The translations under genes were made by a program, and so were the position numbers. A stretch of DNA of 59,268 nt, the filler included, from Bipalium vagum (Eukaryota), in NCBI GenBank assembly GCA_037834085.1. It is 3 parts of 3 records of this genome, joined end to end, with 100 filler letters (N's around TTAATTAATTAA, not from the genome) between each part and the next. Parts side by side here need not be neighbours in the genome. Positions count along the whole stretch, not along the records: positions 22,724 to 40,120 come from JBBMKC010068029.1; positions 40,221 to 59,268 come from JBBMKC010008152.1; 1 more part is not named here. One strand, 5' to 3'. This document shows positions 38,110 through 52,600 of the stretch, piece after piece. Each line of letters opens with the position of its first letter. Positions within the stretch are counted from its first letter, which is position 1. The notes beneath the pieces are model-generated. The model did not search any database. It had not been told where the DNA came from and saw only the letters and a list, made by a program, of their open reading frames with translations.

Positions 38110-39060
38110 TTTGTAGGGCCACCTCTAGCTTCAATTAATGTTAGCCAGATGATGACGTATTGATTCGATTAAACGTTGAATATGCTTAGCATCCAATTGT
38201 GTCCAAGTATAAGCCAGAGAAACCTTTAACTCATCTTTTAATTGCAGTCGACGATTACTAATTTTCTTTTCTAATCAAGTCAAAAGATTAGAAATTATTT
38301 GCATGATCTTGACTATTTGTCAGTGTTAATTTAACAAAGAAATTGAGTGAATGTTTGTTAAGAACTGCTTGATATGCATCGAAAAGAAGGTTTTTCTCCA
38401 GGATGGTAACTGCTGATGGGAAATTAATGTATTATGAAAACATATCTAAACAGATCATGGAAAAGTCAGGTCGAGAACCTGTAGCAGTAGCTAAGCGTGG
38501 TTTGACTCACAAGAAGGTATTTATGTATATTTTGTTTGGATATTTGAGGGGTTTTCTATAAAGAATTTCTGAAAGTGAACAAACGTTTACTACAGAAGTA
38601 TATATTCAAAAATTAGATAAAGTCAACTCGGTAATCAAAAAGACTTGGCCTTCACATCTAATTAGAAATGGAATAATCTTCTAACAAGATAACCCTAAGC
38701 CACATACTTCCAATTTAACAAAACGAAGCTTGACAGACTGCGTTGGATAGTTTCGAAACATGTTTCTTATTCTCCAGACAAAGCCCCTTCAGATTATTAC
38801 CTATTTAGATGTTTGAAAAATAGTTTATCTGGCACTAAATTCAAATCGAGTGATGAAACAATTTCACAAGTTAAATCTTTTTTCTATGTTCCAAAGATCA
38901 TGATTTCTTGCGAAAGATATCCTACTTTTCTTCAAGAAATGTAATGGTAAGTTTTGATTTGACTATATCTTGGAAAAATATATTGATAAATTTATTATTT
39001 GATTTGAATAAAATTTATAATTCGTTTGTGTTTGTTTTTTGTAAAATCACGCTTTTAAAC
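38110..39060 (+). mobile_element. Degenerate mariner
   Basis: MVTADGKLMYYEN (~38403), QDNPKPHT (~38685) and YSPDKAPSDYY (~38768) are decayed DD34D motifs. Confidence 0.75.
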
Positions 39061-39389
39061 CTTCAATCGTTAAGTTCTGATTTGCTCCTTAAATATTTAA
39101 GAGACATAACATTTGGTGAACCAGACATGATACTACGTTCGGAGCGTTTAAAAATTCTTAATAAATAAAATTTTTAAAACGGCAACTGAAAATATTGATA
39201 CTAGTTTTCTAATTGTTGAAATCCCGGATTTATAAACTCAAACACATACCCAAAAACTAAAACAAAAAGGTTACCCAAACCGTGAGACCAAAAAAATTGA
39301 ACCGTTCTCAAACACGATTTCACAACATACATTTTAAATAATATTTTAACAAAACAAACAAAATGGCAGATGAGAGTAATGATATTCAA

Positions 39390-40120
39390 ACCTACTTTAT
39401 ACAGGTTATATTAAAATAGACACATACTAGTATCTTTCCTACAACAATCATTGCACTATTGTTTGCGGTCTTTATTGTCTCCATACATTTTTGAATTCCA
39501 GGACTTCCAATTTCTTGAAAAGTCTTCAAGCTCATCACATTTATTCTAGCTTCGGTGTCTAGTAAACATTCCATTTCATGGTCCTGAAAAATAATAGTCA
39601 CACTTGGCCTTCCTTTCATTACGTGATATTTGATACTTGGTTCTTTAAAACTGTTCACCATTAAAATCTCAATTTTGTCTCCATTACTGACATTCTTCTT
39701 CAAAAATCTATTCAGCTTTTCCACTACCACTTTTCACATTACCAATCACTTCCCTCTCATTGCGAACCAAATTCCTACGTCTAATTCAAGACTCCGATCA
39801 ACTCGACCTCGGACGGAGACCTCCCTTTTGGGTGTTCATAATACGAATCTGTTTGCTTTTCCCCATTTTCATACTGTCTTTCTCTGTCTTCTATCGTTGA
39901 AAATGCTTCTACCGTATCTTCTGATAAGCCGTTCACGTTTCTATGGAATGTGTTGCTTCTTCTTCCATACTCTCTTTTTCCTGTTTCTGTCATAATTAAA
40001 TCGTTGCCTGTTGGCTCTTATTCTAGATTCACTGTTGTAACATTCTCTTTCCTGATGTCCGTTTCCGTGACAACGATTGCACTTTACTCTGTTACAATCT
40101 CTTCTTATATGGTCTTCTGA
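39390..40120 (-). mobile_element. Second Gypsy copy: gag CCHC knuckles and aspartic protease, truncated by the gap
   Basis: HIRRDCNRVKCNRCHGNGHQEREC (~40112-40041) and protease LLDTEARINVMS (ORF 39392-39730). Confidence 0.85.
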
Positions 40121-40220
40121 NNNNNNNNNNNNNNNNNNNNNNNNNNNNNNNNNNNNNNNNNNNNTTAATTAATTAANNNNNNNNNNNNNNNNNNNNNNNN
40201 NNNNNNNNNNNNNNNNNNNN
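40121..40220. other. Assembly gap with artificial TTAATTAATTAA spacer
   Basis: N44-TTAATTAATTAA-N44. Confidence 0.97.
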
Positions 40221-40729
40221 AAAGTGTTAAAAAAGTTTCATTTATTTTAAACTAAATTTTTTTACTAAATTTATTCAGTTTCCATCACCAAAATTTATTT
40301 TTATTAAAATTTTAATGTCTTCTTTTAATTTTTAAATTATGAAAATATTTAGAAAATCGATATTTATTAATTTATTTTTATTCGGCCTTAAAATGTTAAT
40401 GAAATTGAATGGCATTAAAACGTTAAAAAATACCGCTTATCCAAACTGGAAAATCAAAAGATGACAGAAGCTACTGTGGATAGGTTTATGAATAACAAAG
40501 AACCCAGTATAAAGATAGGAGAAATAAGTCAATTTAAGAACATTATTAAAATTTCCGTTTAGATAGATTCAAAAGTTTTAAAAGACCATCAACAAAGAAG
40601 GTTTAAAGGTAATAATAAATTTCAATAAAAATTTCAATTTAAATACAAAAGTACATTTTAAAAATAGTACTAATAAAAATACTAATGAAATTAATAATGA
40701 AACGGACTATCAATATCTCTTCCAATCCC

Positions 40730-41632
40730 CAAATCATTAGTAAGAGGATCCCAGACTCTCCATGAGAAAAGTCGGACGTGAGACTGGAGTCAAACGTGAA
40801 TCTGTTCGAATGATCTCAAAAAACGAGCTGCAGCTCAGGCTTTACAAGTTCCAAAAAGTTCAGCTATTAACCGATGAAAACAGGCGAGTAAGATTCCAAA
40901 GATGTTGAGTACTGAAACTGCGGGCCGCAGATCAGCGAGTTCTTTTCTCAGATGAGAAGTTATTTACCATAGAACAATCCGATAATCACCAAAACAATAG
41001 GATATATCACCAAAGGCTACTGCGATCTCCAAAACTATAGAACACCGCCAAAATCCCGAATCTTTCATGGTCTCGGGTGGTATCTGTGCAAGTGGCAAAA
41101 CTCCTCTAATTTTCTTTGATAAGAGGGTGAAAATCAACCAAGTATATTGACGGGACATATTGGAATGTTTTAAACACCATTTTAAAAACGAAGAATGGAT
41201 CTTTCAACAAGAGTCCGCTCCAGCCCATAAGGCCAAAAAGACTCAGGAATGGTGCAAATCAAATTTTCCGGATTTTATCACGTCTCAAGAATAGCCACCA
41301 TACTCTTCGGATCTTAACCAGATGAACTACAGTATATGGTCTATCTTGGAAAGCAGAGTATGTGCTAAGCCTCACCAAAATTTGGAAGCACTGAAAAAAT
41401 CTCTGTCGAAAATGGAATATTTTTTACCCAAAGAGCTGTGGTCAATTGCTGAAAATTTTACAAAACGTCTGGTAAATTGTACTCGCGAAAAAGGTGGATA
41501 TTTCGAAACCAAGTGAATATATAAATTCAAAATGATTCATTTATTATTATTTTTCTTCTTTTCTTCTTATATTTCTTTTGGTTAAAAAATTATTGTTAAA
41601 AATGTGTGCCCAGGTTTTTTCTGGTCACCCTG
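40730..41632 (+). mobile_element. 5'-truncated maT (DD37D, Bmmar1-like) transposon
   Basis: LFSDEKLFTIEQ.DNHQNNR and FQQESAPAHKAKKTQEWCKSNFPDFITSQE*PPYSSDLNQMNYSIWSILE. The 3' TIR ends ctggtcaccctg-ta. Confidence 0.88.
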
Positions 41633-42023
41633 TATAATATTCAATGATACTATATAAGTGCTTTTACAATTTAAATTTTATTTTTGTAACTATTTTATAC
41701 AATTAATGATAATTACGTATTTGTAATTCAATTTTTAAAATAGTATTTCACAAGATTATTTATATACACAATATTATAATATTCACATTATGTGATGTAT
41801 CAAATCATAATAAAAATTTTGACATTATCATGATTTTTCTAATAACTTAACATATCAATTATTTCTTAAATAAAAAATACGTAAAACATTAAAATTCATC
41901 TAAAAATAAACAAATATTTGGTTTCAGAGACGTTTATGAAAGTTCTCAAGATAAAATTTAAAAGAAAGTCAAATTCAAGAATAAATAAATTTTGTTTATT
42001 TAAATCAAAAATAATTTTCAAAA

Positions 42024-44926
42024 ATGAATGTGGATGAAGTTTTTAAAGATTATGTAATGAATTAAATTTTTTCAACTGGCACGCTTTTAATTTGATTAAT
42101 GTTTTGTAAAGATAAAGCCGGAAAATCCTGTGCCAGCAAAGCGCAAGAAAGTAGTCGACTCGGCCGAAGCTACTGAGACAGCCGACGACAGTATATTGGA
42201 TATTGACGAAGCCAAAGCAAAGCATTTGCTAATCCAGCTTGACAAAAAACTCAGAGTAAATCAGGAGATGCGAACGAAATACTCGGATCAACCTTTGAAA
42301 TTTATGGACAGCGAAGTTGATCTGTTTAACAGTCTCAATAATTTCATGGTAACGTTTTTTATTCACCGATCAGAGCCCAAAAACCGAAGCGAATCGATCG
42401 AAGCTCCATCTAATTAATTTCCTTCATCACAGATCGTCACTAACAATCCTGAATTTTACGAGATGCTCATGGGCAACAGAATGGTGCCCACGATGCTCCT
42501 GCTCATCCTTCACGACAACACTGACATTTCGCTGGCCGCCATCAAATTCATCTTGCGCCTGACCGAGCCCGACGATGTCCTAAATCTGGCCGAGCTCGGT
42601 GAGCGCCTGATCAACGAGCTCATCGATGGCAAGCTCATCTCACACTGCGTCGACGTACTGGCCAAGTTGGATGAGAACGATCCAGACGAAGCAGATGGGG
42701 TTTTTTCAATTTTGAGTACGTTTTTCAGAAAAATAAATTAGTTTTGATTTGTAATGGAAAAATATAAATTTATCGATTAGTATTATCAATTATTTTATTA
42801 TTAATTTGTATTATCAATTATTATTATTATAAATTAATATTATTAAATATTTTATTCAATAATGAAATTTCTTTTCAAATTTTTGGAATCCATTATAATT
42901 AATATTTTTCCTTCTTTAGATGTCGTCGAAAACATAACAGAGGCTTTTAATTGGACTAAAGTCGAAATTGCTAATCAACAGTTTTTGGGTTGGCTCCTCA
43001 AACGAATCCAGAAACGGACGTTCGACGAAAACAAGCTTTACGTGTCGGAGATTTTGGCGATCCTGCTCCTAAATTGTGAAGGTATTGATATCTAAAGAAT
43101 ATTATTATTATTAGTTCAAAAATGATAATAACTATTGTGGATGGTCATTAATCGATAATAGTAATTAATGATAATAATAATAACAGAAATAATTAATTTT
43201 GAAAATAAATAATATTGATCTTTAATAATAATAATCAATAGTGAGTAATAAAAATCTAAAATAATCAATATATTTCGATTTTTATAATTGATAATTGATA
43301 CAATTTCAAATGTGTAGAAAATCAAGAAAAACTCGGAGAATTGGACGGAATCGATACGCTATTGCGTCAGTTATCGGTGAGTGAGAAAATAAAATATGGA
43401 ATTCCCTTCAGTTACAATGAGAACTAATTACTAATTTTCTCGTTTTAGGTTTTCAAAAGAAACGACCCGACTAGCCTGAACGAGTTTGAAATGATGGAGA
43501 ACTTGTTCGACGCGCTCTGTTACGCTCTGTTCTGTCGGTCGAACCAGGAACGTTTTTTAAAAGGAGAAGGTCTCCAATTAATGATTTTGATGTTGCGGTA
43601 AGTTATTTTGTTCGATAATAATTGAACTTGATTTTCGATGTTTCCGATTATGAATCAATAATAATATGATCGCTATAATTAAATAAATAGTAATAGTCAA
43701 TAATGAAAAAAAATCGATTTTTCTTATGATATGATATTGATTTACAATGTATATTTTCTGTTTTATCTCAATCAATCAAAAATAAAGCGAGCGGAAACTG
43801 AGTAGGAACAGCGCTATAAAAGTCTTGGATTTTTCCACACAAGGACCAATCGGAAACGAGTCGGCCCAGGCCAACTGCAACAAGTTCGTCGACGTTTTGG
43901 GCTTGAGAGTCATTTTCAGCTATGTAATGCGCACTCCCGATCCAAAGGCCACCACGAAAAGTGCTGTTCAAAACGGAGCAATTTCTGCCAAGATCTTGGC
44001 TAAAAATGTGAGGCTTGCTTCTCTTTCTTTTTGCATTGTTTTTTTACAATTCAATTCTTCTTAACTCTGTTTTTTGACACTGTCTCTGATCGATTATCGA
44101 TTATTTTATCAATGATTATGGGAATAAATTTCTTTGAAATTTCTCATTTTGGATTTTAAGATATATTTTGATTGAATCTATCTTTTCTCTTTCCCTCCAT
44201 TATCTTTCATTTATTAATTAGCACATTTTTCTTTTTCTAAAAAGGGCCTTACCAAATCCGAACTGGAAGAGCATATAATCAACATAATGACCAATCTCAT
44301 TTGTCACACAACGGGCCCTCAGAAAGCTCGAATTCTCACAAAATTCAGCGAGAACAATTGCGAAAAGCTGGAACGGATGGTAGAGTTGCACATGACTTAT
44401 CTAAACAAGCTCAGCAAGACCGACACGGAATTGGACAGAAAGCGGGAGGTAGGGTGGTCCGCGACGGCCTATTTATTTATCAATGAATTTTGATTTTCCA
44501 TTTCTCAATTCTATCACTTAGAACGTGGAACTCTGGCGAGGAATGACTCATGACGAAATCGAACAGGAGCTGAGCTACGTGAGGATGAGTGAAGGACTGC
44601 TCGTTCTTCAGAACATCGATATCATTATCGCTGATGTTTTCGTCAATGGAGACTCTTTGGTAACATGACTCAATTGGGTGAAAATTATTTTATCAAAATG
44701 CTCATTTAAGATCCGCACGCGACTGTTGGAACTCTTCAATTTGCACAAATTGTCACCACGGACAATCATCAGGATTATCGGAGGTTTTTTTTGCTTTTAT
44801 TAATTTTTAAAAAAACGACCGATTTCAGATTACAAAAACACTCTGGAACTTAACGGAAGCTCGGAAAACTCGACAAAAGAATGGCTGGAGCAGTTGCTGA
44901 GACGTTTGGTTCCCTTGATTCCATGA
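42024..44926 (+). CDS. CTNNBL1: Beta-catenin-like protein 1 (Prp19/CDC5L spliceosomal complex), 550 aa, 11 exons
   Basis: Exons 42024-42053, 42112-42348, 42433-42715, 42920-43081, 43318-43376, 43449-43597, 43788-44007, 44245-44448, 44522-44659, 44711-44783, 44829-44926 are all GT-AG and in frame. Motifs: NQEMRTKYSDQPLKFMDSEVDL, HDNTDIS, FDENKLYVSEILAILL, LGELDGIDTLLRQLSVFK, EMMENLFDALC, FLKGEGLQLM, NCNKFVDVLGLR, KFSEN.CEKLERMVELH. Confidence 0.97.
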
Positions 44927-47849
44927 GCCGACTTGAAAAGGCTTTCTGTGAGTGCGTGTGCGTTTTTTGTGTTATCGTTGAATATAATTATTAGAAAATG
45001 TCTTCAATTTTGTCACTGATTCGATAGATAAAATTCTGACATAAATCTCTGGCAAAGATTTGTAAACGGGAAGCATCACATTCTCATTGAAAACATTTTT
45101 TTGCGTTACAATTTTTGCTATCATTATGTTCAATTATTGAATAAATGAGTATTTGTTCCTTTTTTATGATGTTTTATAGAAAGGAGTTTGGTAATAAAAT
45201 TCTTCCTCTAATCACCGGAAACGTTAAATTTCAATAGTACGCAATCAGTGTACTGGAGTCCTGCATAGGCTGAAAGTGTAAGATTGAAAAGTATAATTTT
45301 TATAAGTTTTAATCAATTGTATTATAATAACAAGAAAAACTAATCAAGTTTAATAACATTGACATAAAATAGTAAACCATGTGTGGTTTCTAATGTTTTA
45401 ATATTGGACAAAATTAACATCTAAATGTTTAAAAAGATTTTTAGCATTTATTTTATTACTCATAGCTCTTTTCATTATATTTCCAGTAACATTTAAAAAC
45501 TTAGATCTTGGTGTATGTAAAATATTACATTCATCAAGTTAATATTGATGTGATTCGGTAAAATATCCATTTTATTAAAACGAGTGTCTTAAACGAATCA
45601 ATAAACTATTCAGAATAAGAAAAGTAATGTTTCACAGTACAGTTGTAATGAAAGTGTGTCTAATCACTTGAAAACTGGGTTAGAATAATATATATATATA
45701 TATATATCGAAGTGTTAAGTATAATTTTTTGAAACTGTTGCCAGTCATCTTGTATATAAATGTTTTTATTATCATAAAAAGAAGAATTAAATCCAAAGTT
45801 TATTAATACAAAGTTTATTATTACAAAACTGTTAAAAGACGACAAATAAGAATGTAAAAACATGATATTAGAGCTAATTAAGATCTTGGATTTGAAGAAT
45901 CATTTCCTCATTTTGTTTAATTACTACTTAGTTACCCGTCTTGATTTTCCAGATAGATTATTCAATGAGTTTTTCACAAATTGAAAGAAGATTAGTTTTC
46001 AGCGGACACTGTCAGAATGTGGCTAAAGTCGAGAATAATGACTCTAAAAAGCATGATTCTAAAGCGAAATGGAATTTCTTGACTTGAATTAGTTTTAATT
46101 AAAATATTTTTAATTCCTCAGGTAATAATATTATAATTAATAATAAAATATGCCATTTTTTGTAATGTTTTCTTAATATGAGAAAATTAAATATTAAAGA
46201 GGTTTATTTCACAATATAACAAACACAAGTAATATTATTTTACATTAATTTAAAAATTACTCACTTTAACTTTTAGGAAATATTTTGTAGAAAGGGAATA
46301 GGAACTGGTTATCCACGTTGATTCTAATTATGACTGCGAGATAAAAAATAATGTTAATATTTCATGCCTGACTCCAAATTTTATATTGGTTCGTTCGTAA
46401 CGCTGACTAATAAAAGACAATTAGATTTGTGTTAAATATAAAAATTTTTAAAATGATATTTCAAATATGCAGACTTTAATTGATCAATTGAAAATGTTAA
46501 TAAAACTTATCCGCTATTTAAGATAGAATTCTTTCTTTTTGGCGGATTAATAGAGGAAAATAAATTACACAAAGAGAAGAACTAAATTTTTTTGTTTAGA
46601 ACAAAATCATTGATTTTTTTTAAAGTCACGATCCCAATTATCACACAAATGAATGATGACAACAAAATACTCCAAGCTGGGTACTGGGATTAGAGTGTAT
46701 CTGGTAACAGTGACATTCGATAGGTCTGTTTTCGCTTCTCTTTTTATTCTCACGGTTCTTTGGTCTTCTATGTTTTTGCCTTCTTTGGTTTTGGAAAGTT
46801 TGTTTAATGTTGGATCTCACCTTCAGTTCATATTATTAATATTCCTTGTGTTCTCAGCTATCTAACAGTTTGTTATCATGTCAAGTCTGTTAATGGAAAT
46901 TTTGTTGAAACGTGAAATTTTTCATCATGTAATTTATTTATGAATGAAAATATTGATTTTTTAGCTTTTTGCCAGCCGTTCATTTAGAATGCTTTGTAAC
47001 AAATATGGAAAGAATTCTCTTATTGAAATTTGATATCAATGATAGTTTCACCAATATACTCAATGACCACGGTACGAGAATTTCTGTCATCTTTCGCTTC
47101 GTCAATTTAAATATATTATTAACCGGATTCTTATTAATGTTACACAGGTCTCTTGAAATGTTTAAAAAAGATTGCTCATTTTAAGTTAAGAAAATCGAAA
47201 TTTAGCTTTTAGGTGACTTAACAAAGTATTTTAAATCAGAAGAGTTTACGGATGAACGTTCCAGCACAAAACTAAAAATCACTGTCACACTAAACGATCA
47301 AATAAAAATTCAAATGAACTAAGTTAACAATAATGTTTTTAAAATATTTATTTGCAAATCTGATTTTTACAATTAAACTCTTTATGAGATTATCAAGTAC
47401 AGATATCTTTTGACACAAACTTAGTTTAATGCTCAAAAGTCCTCAGCAATTGTGAAAATAAAAAGAAGAAAAAGGGAAAAAATACCACTTTATTTGATTC
47501 TCGAAAAGCTTCGAACACTTATTTAGAAGAGTTAGTTAATAATAATAATACCAAGTCAATCGGTAAAGATTGCTTGATAGTGGATAATATATTTTAATAA
47601 TAAAATAAACTGCTGTTACGAAAATTCGTACAGAGTTTATAAAATATGAATAGAGATTTCTTACTAATTTTTGCAAATCCTAAAACTTTCTCGGGTGATT
47701 CGTCCTTATCTTTTGATGGAAATCGTCCTCTACTGAATTTTCGTGTATAAGACAATGAGAGTTCGCTTGTCTTATAATTGAGCCTATGGTGCGAATTATT
47801 CTGCGTCCTTTTACTATTTTTGTGGGTTTATATACAATTTTTTTGTATA

Positions 47850-47945
47850 ATTTCTATTTTTAGAAACATGATTTCTATTTTTAGAAATTCATATTATTTT
47901 ATTTGCTTGAATTCTATTTTTAGAAACACATATTATTTTATTTAC
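47850..47945. repeat. Short imperfect tandem repeat (ttctatttttagaaa core x3)
   Basis: Direct reading; it explains ORF 47778-47963. Confidence 0.7.
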
Positions 47946-48467
47946 ATTTATTTCTATTCATAGTAATTCCTTTTTTCTATATTTGTTTTCTATATAAATC
48001 CTTTGTTTATTTGTTTTTTGATAATTTTAGTAATTAATAATAAATAATAAAAATTATTATATTTGTTTTTAACTTGATGATTCAATATTACAAAGATAAA
48101 AATAAATTAAAAAAAATCACAAAAAATTGTTTATCAAAAAATGTCATTATTCTGGGATACTCCATAATATTGTGTCATTGATGCAATGTGATTTCTTTAT
48201 AAAAACATTAATCTTTCCGCTCAAAAATTTCAAAACTAATTTTCATTAAAATAAAGTCATCTTAATAATCTTACAAGGTTGACCATTAAGTTATTATTTG
48301 TTAATTTTATTTTTCCTTCAATAGTTACCGAAAAAATTTGTTACATTTATTTCCTTTAATTTTTGCTCGCATAGCAAACGGACGAAAAGAAAAATAGTTG
48401 AGTCAGAGAGAAATAATAGGGAGTGAGAACCAGTAATAAAAATTGGTTAATACTCTTGAATATTAAC

Positions 48468-48632
48468 ATATGGATTCTAGACTTCCGGAAGTCTATGCTA
48501 TCGGACTAAGTAAGCTTGTTTCTCATTTTTTGCAATGGGTTGATTCTGATGAATCTTATTTTGATGAATAAAGTTTATACTTATATTGTTTATTATATAA
48601 TATAATCCTTCATTAACTTTGCACCAACTTGA
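48468..48632 (+). mobile_element. Hsmar1-like mariner 3' end
   Basis: DSRLPEVYAIGLSKLVS...WVDSDESYFDE* resembles the Hsmar1 C-terminus and is followed by TIR-like actttgcaccaactt. Confidence 0.7.
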
Positions 48633-49655
48633 TAATATTTGAGATTTCAAGATTGATTTATCAAGGTCATTTCGGCAACCTCTATTAATCTTTATATGCC
48701 TTAGTGTTTGGCAAGGGATCTCAACTTAATCTGGTTGGACAAAAGAGCAGAAAACAATGAAAGAGTCAATGAGATTAATTTTGTTCTTTGATATAACTAT
48801 TGTTCTATTGCAAAAATTACCAAATAGAACAAGTCAAGTGCGACCGTATTGTATGACGAGTTCTGATATTATTTATACTTCAGTGTTTCTTGTTTTATTT
48901 TCTTTTTAAGTGTGGGCCATTTATTTCGGAAATTTTTATCTTATGATAAATATCACAAATATAAAAATGTCTAACATGAACACATCAACATTTCCTATTA
49001 ACCAATTACTGTGCACAGTAAGATAAGCATGTGTAGGCACAGGCACAATATTTCAAAAATGGCTGAAGGTTAAGGTATTTCTGTAAAATAACTGATCAAA
49101 CTTAAATTAAAAATAAATATATTAAAAATTTATTATTATTTTAATTACTTAAAAAATATTCTGAAAATTTTAATTATTTTTACGGGTAACTTTTATGACT
49201 GACAAATTTTCAATTAAAAATATTTTTGTCAACCCCAAAACAGTGTCACTTTAACCTTGATTTCATGGGTCAGAGAGGTTGTTAAAGGAAAAAGTAACAT
49301 CGTACTCTTATATCCTTATATAAGGGAAGGACTCGGAGAAGCCATGAGATGAAGCAAATAAGAGAGAGACTTTTACGACCTTGTATTCTGAACCGGCTCC
49401 CATGCAGAATGGCATATGAAGAACAAAATGAAATAAAAAAGCCTTTGTATATAATGTGTTAATAAAATTTCAAATATCTATACAATGATAGTATATGGTT
49501 CCGATCTGTAAATGCAATATTTTTAGAAAACATCCTTTTCTGCCGAACTGTCAAAAGTTTGCCGAAATGAGCTACAAAAATGGTTACTTTTTATCGTCAG
49601 ATTAAAATATTGATAAGATTAAAAGATAAATTGGGAATTTTCCACTAGACTGAAT

Positions 49656-52600
49656 TTATTTTGCATCATTTTCTTCTGAAAGTGAGACATTGGCTGATGT
49701 CTTTGGAAGTACCAACTGAAAACTGGACACATAAGCCTTGGGAACGAGACCGGTTTTGGACTCGTCGTTGAAATCCGCTGCCAAGAACCAGCCCGGCTCG
49801 CCCTGAGGCTCCTTGTCGATGATCTTTAACTCTTGGTTTGGAAACATGGCCAGTTCATCTGGATATTTCGGTTCGTAATGAAACAACCCGTAGACTTTGC
49901 CGTCATTGATCACTCCCAACAGATCTTGTTGAGCTAAATCAAATCAGAATACAACTTTTTATGAAGAATAATTAGGAAGCAAAATTTTTAATAGATCAAC
50001 AAACAATTTTTTAACATATTCCCTGCCGGTCAATTATTACCGTTATTGAATTTTCAGTTGAAACTAATCATGTGTGCATTCGTTGCCTAGGGCAAACATA
50101 AACTTTTCTGAGATGAAGAATCACTTATATTATACTACAAAAATAGAGTCGAACGGTGCTCGTCAATAAACCCCGCGAGTCTCTTACAGCCAACATGTTA
50201 GTGAACTTATACGTCCTTATAAGAAATTACTGATTTCGACTGAGACATTGAACAGATCTAGACAAACTCAGAATTGTTTAAAAATGTCTCTGGATAACCG
50301 TGACTGGTATGCCTATGGACGGATTAAAATAAACAAATTAACTCAACAAGTATTTTAGAAATTTATCTCAAAACAATAGTTAAAGCTTCTGGAATGATGA
50401 CATTAGGACATTTATTAACCGCGATTTGTATTGAACTCAGTCGGAAAGAACTTAACTTAAATATTACAGTCTTAAATGTATTTCTTATGACATGGTTTCC
50501 CTTTATGTGCCTTTTCTTTATTTTCTATCATTGTATGAGATTCATGAAAGTGGTATTTTTTCCTCTTGAAATAAACGCTTTCCTTACACTTCAAATCGAC
50601 ACTATTCCTATGAGGAGCGTTCAATATCTTCGACACAAATCAAATGGTAGGTCTTGTACCAGAGAGCTGCTTAAAATCGATTGACGTGAGTAAAAGAGTG
50701 ACTGGATTTGGTACCATCTCCATCAATCAATGATCTTTAATTTCCCAGACGACCCTCATTAAATGAAGTTGATGATTTCCAATAATAAACTTATTTGGAA
50801 ATGTGGAAATTTCTTTTACCAAAAAAAAACAATTGTAATATTGAATATTTGCCAAGACGTTGCCCATGACATTAAGTGTTTTGCGTTTATTCGATTAGAA
50901 ATGTAAAATAATTTAGTAAATAAATCCCGTTTTTGAAATCATTAAAAATTCAAGGTTAAATTAGTAAATAATTAAAACAAACCTCCAAAATATGACAACA
51001 TTTTAGGTAAATATGAAAAATAATAGCAAAAACAAAGAAATGATTACAGTAAGTACAGTACTGTAAATACAATGTGGGAGCGGCATTAAAAAGAAATGTG
51101 CCGAAAGATCTTTGATCACATTCCTATAGCTAAAACGTGTTTCTCATAATAAATTACAGAGAAAAAAGAGTTTTTAACTCAAAAATGATAGATAAAAAAA
51201 ATATTAAAAAAAGAAATAATAATAATTCCAATGATAATCTGAGAAATAAAAAAAGAAACCCTACGCTAATATTATCCAGATCGTTATTTGTAAAAAATAG
51301 AGCACTTAACATAATAAAAACGATTGTCTTTGCACTTTAGCGATGGTGGAGAGTTCTTTCTACATAAAAGCAAAACTAAATAATAAATCTGATTTGTTTT
51401 CATATTGATTGTAAAAGTACAACATTTTTCATGTCAGCAAAATTTCCCCAACCGCAAAAAATCCTCAAAATAATGGATGCCATTATTCTAATCTCTGCCT
51501 CTGGAGAAAAGTCTTAACAATAGTTACCATATCATAATAGCAATGCATTATCAATCATAAACACATTCCAAAGATTGGATTACCATTCAGTTTCTACGAA
51601 ATTTCACATAATAACGTTAGCAATATCATTGGGCCTTTATTTGATATAATAATAATACTACTACTACTAATAATATTACTAGTGATAATAATAGAAATAT
51701 ATAACTACAATTTTAAGTGCTGCTGAGAACTTTATAATATTATGCATATTATATAATATTATATATTATACATAATTGTATATTAAATATTGTAACAGCA
51801 AAAGGGATATGTCAAATCAATATTAACTGAACTTGACAGAGTTTAATTAATATTAGTAATAATATTAATATTTATTAATAATATATAAATCTAAAATTTA
51901 TTAATATTAATATCTATTAATAATATATAAAGTAAACAAATATCATTTCAAAGCGGGATTTCATTGAAAAAGAGAAAAAAATTGAATGGTCACAAGAGCT
52001 GGCTCAGAAAATACGAAGAACGGCTCATGTAAAAGGAGTCCAAAGATCATCATAACACTTGGAAGCTCTCCGTACCAGATGTATTGACAAAGATTCCGTT
52101 TGATATTTTGATTCAAAGCTTAGAAAGACGAGAGGGACTTGGAGATGCACTAACTGACGTTCAGGTCAGAAAAGCATTGCCTAATTTTATGGATTCCCTT
52201 CTCCCCAGGATGTATTGTTCTGTGAGTTAAGCAACTCCATTGAAATCGTACGGCAGTGGAAATAATTAACATAAAAACTCCCTCTGGAATGAGAATATTG
52301 ACAGGGAAATGCTGGGCCATTGTTCGGTTAATTAATTCCCCTCGCTCTACATTGCCCTAAATCAATAATCTCAAGATAGAAATGCGCTCAATCAGATGTT
52401 GCAGCACTCTCAGTGACAGCTGGAATGATATTAAAGCACTGCACGACTCATTTGTTCAGTCTCATTGTTACTGACACTGTGTTTTGTGACGAATGTTGGC
52501 CAGATGGACACGTGGTGAGGATGGAATGGTGAGTTATGAAAAGAAACAAATTGTGGTTTTCCTCAAGTACAAAGTGCTTCACTATCAGAGTTGTCTAAAC

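Noticed and set aside
42024-44926. U12-type introns in CTNNBL1 or the other genes
   Set aside because: No RTATCCTT donors; all inferred introns are ordinary GT-AG.
46650-47200. Minus-strand YIGET suggesting a Penelope GIY-YIG endonuclease
   Set aside because: A single 5-aa match with no supporting GIY motif, RT motifs or hammerhead core.
50082-50097. RFX X-box-like gttgcctagggcaaac
   Set aside because: The second half-site is imperfect, it is intronic, and there is no promoter context.
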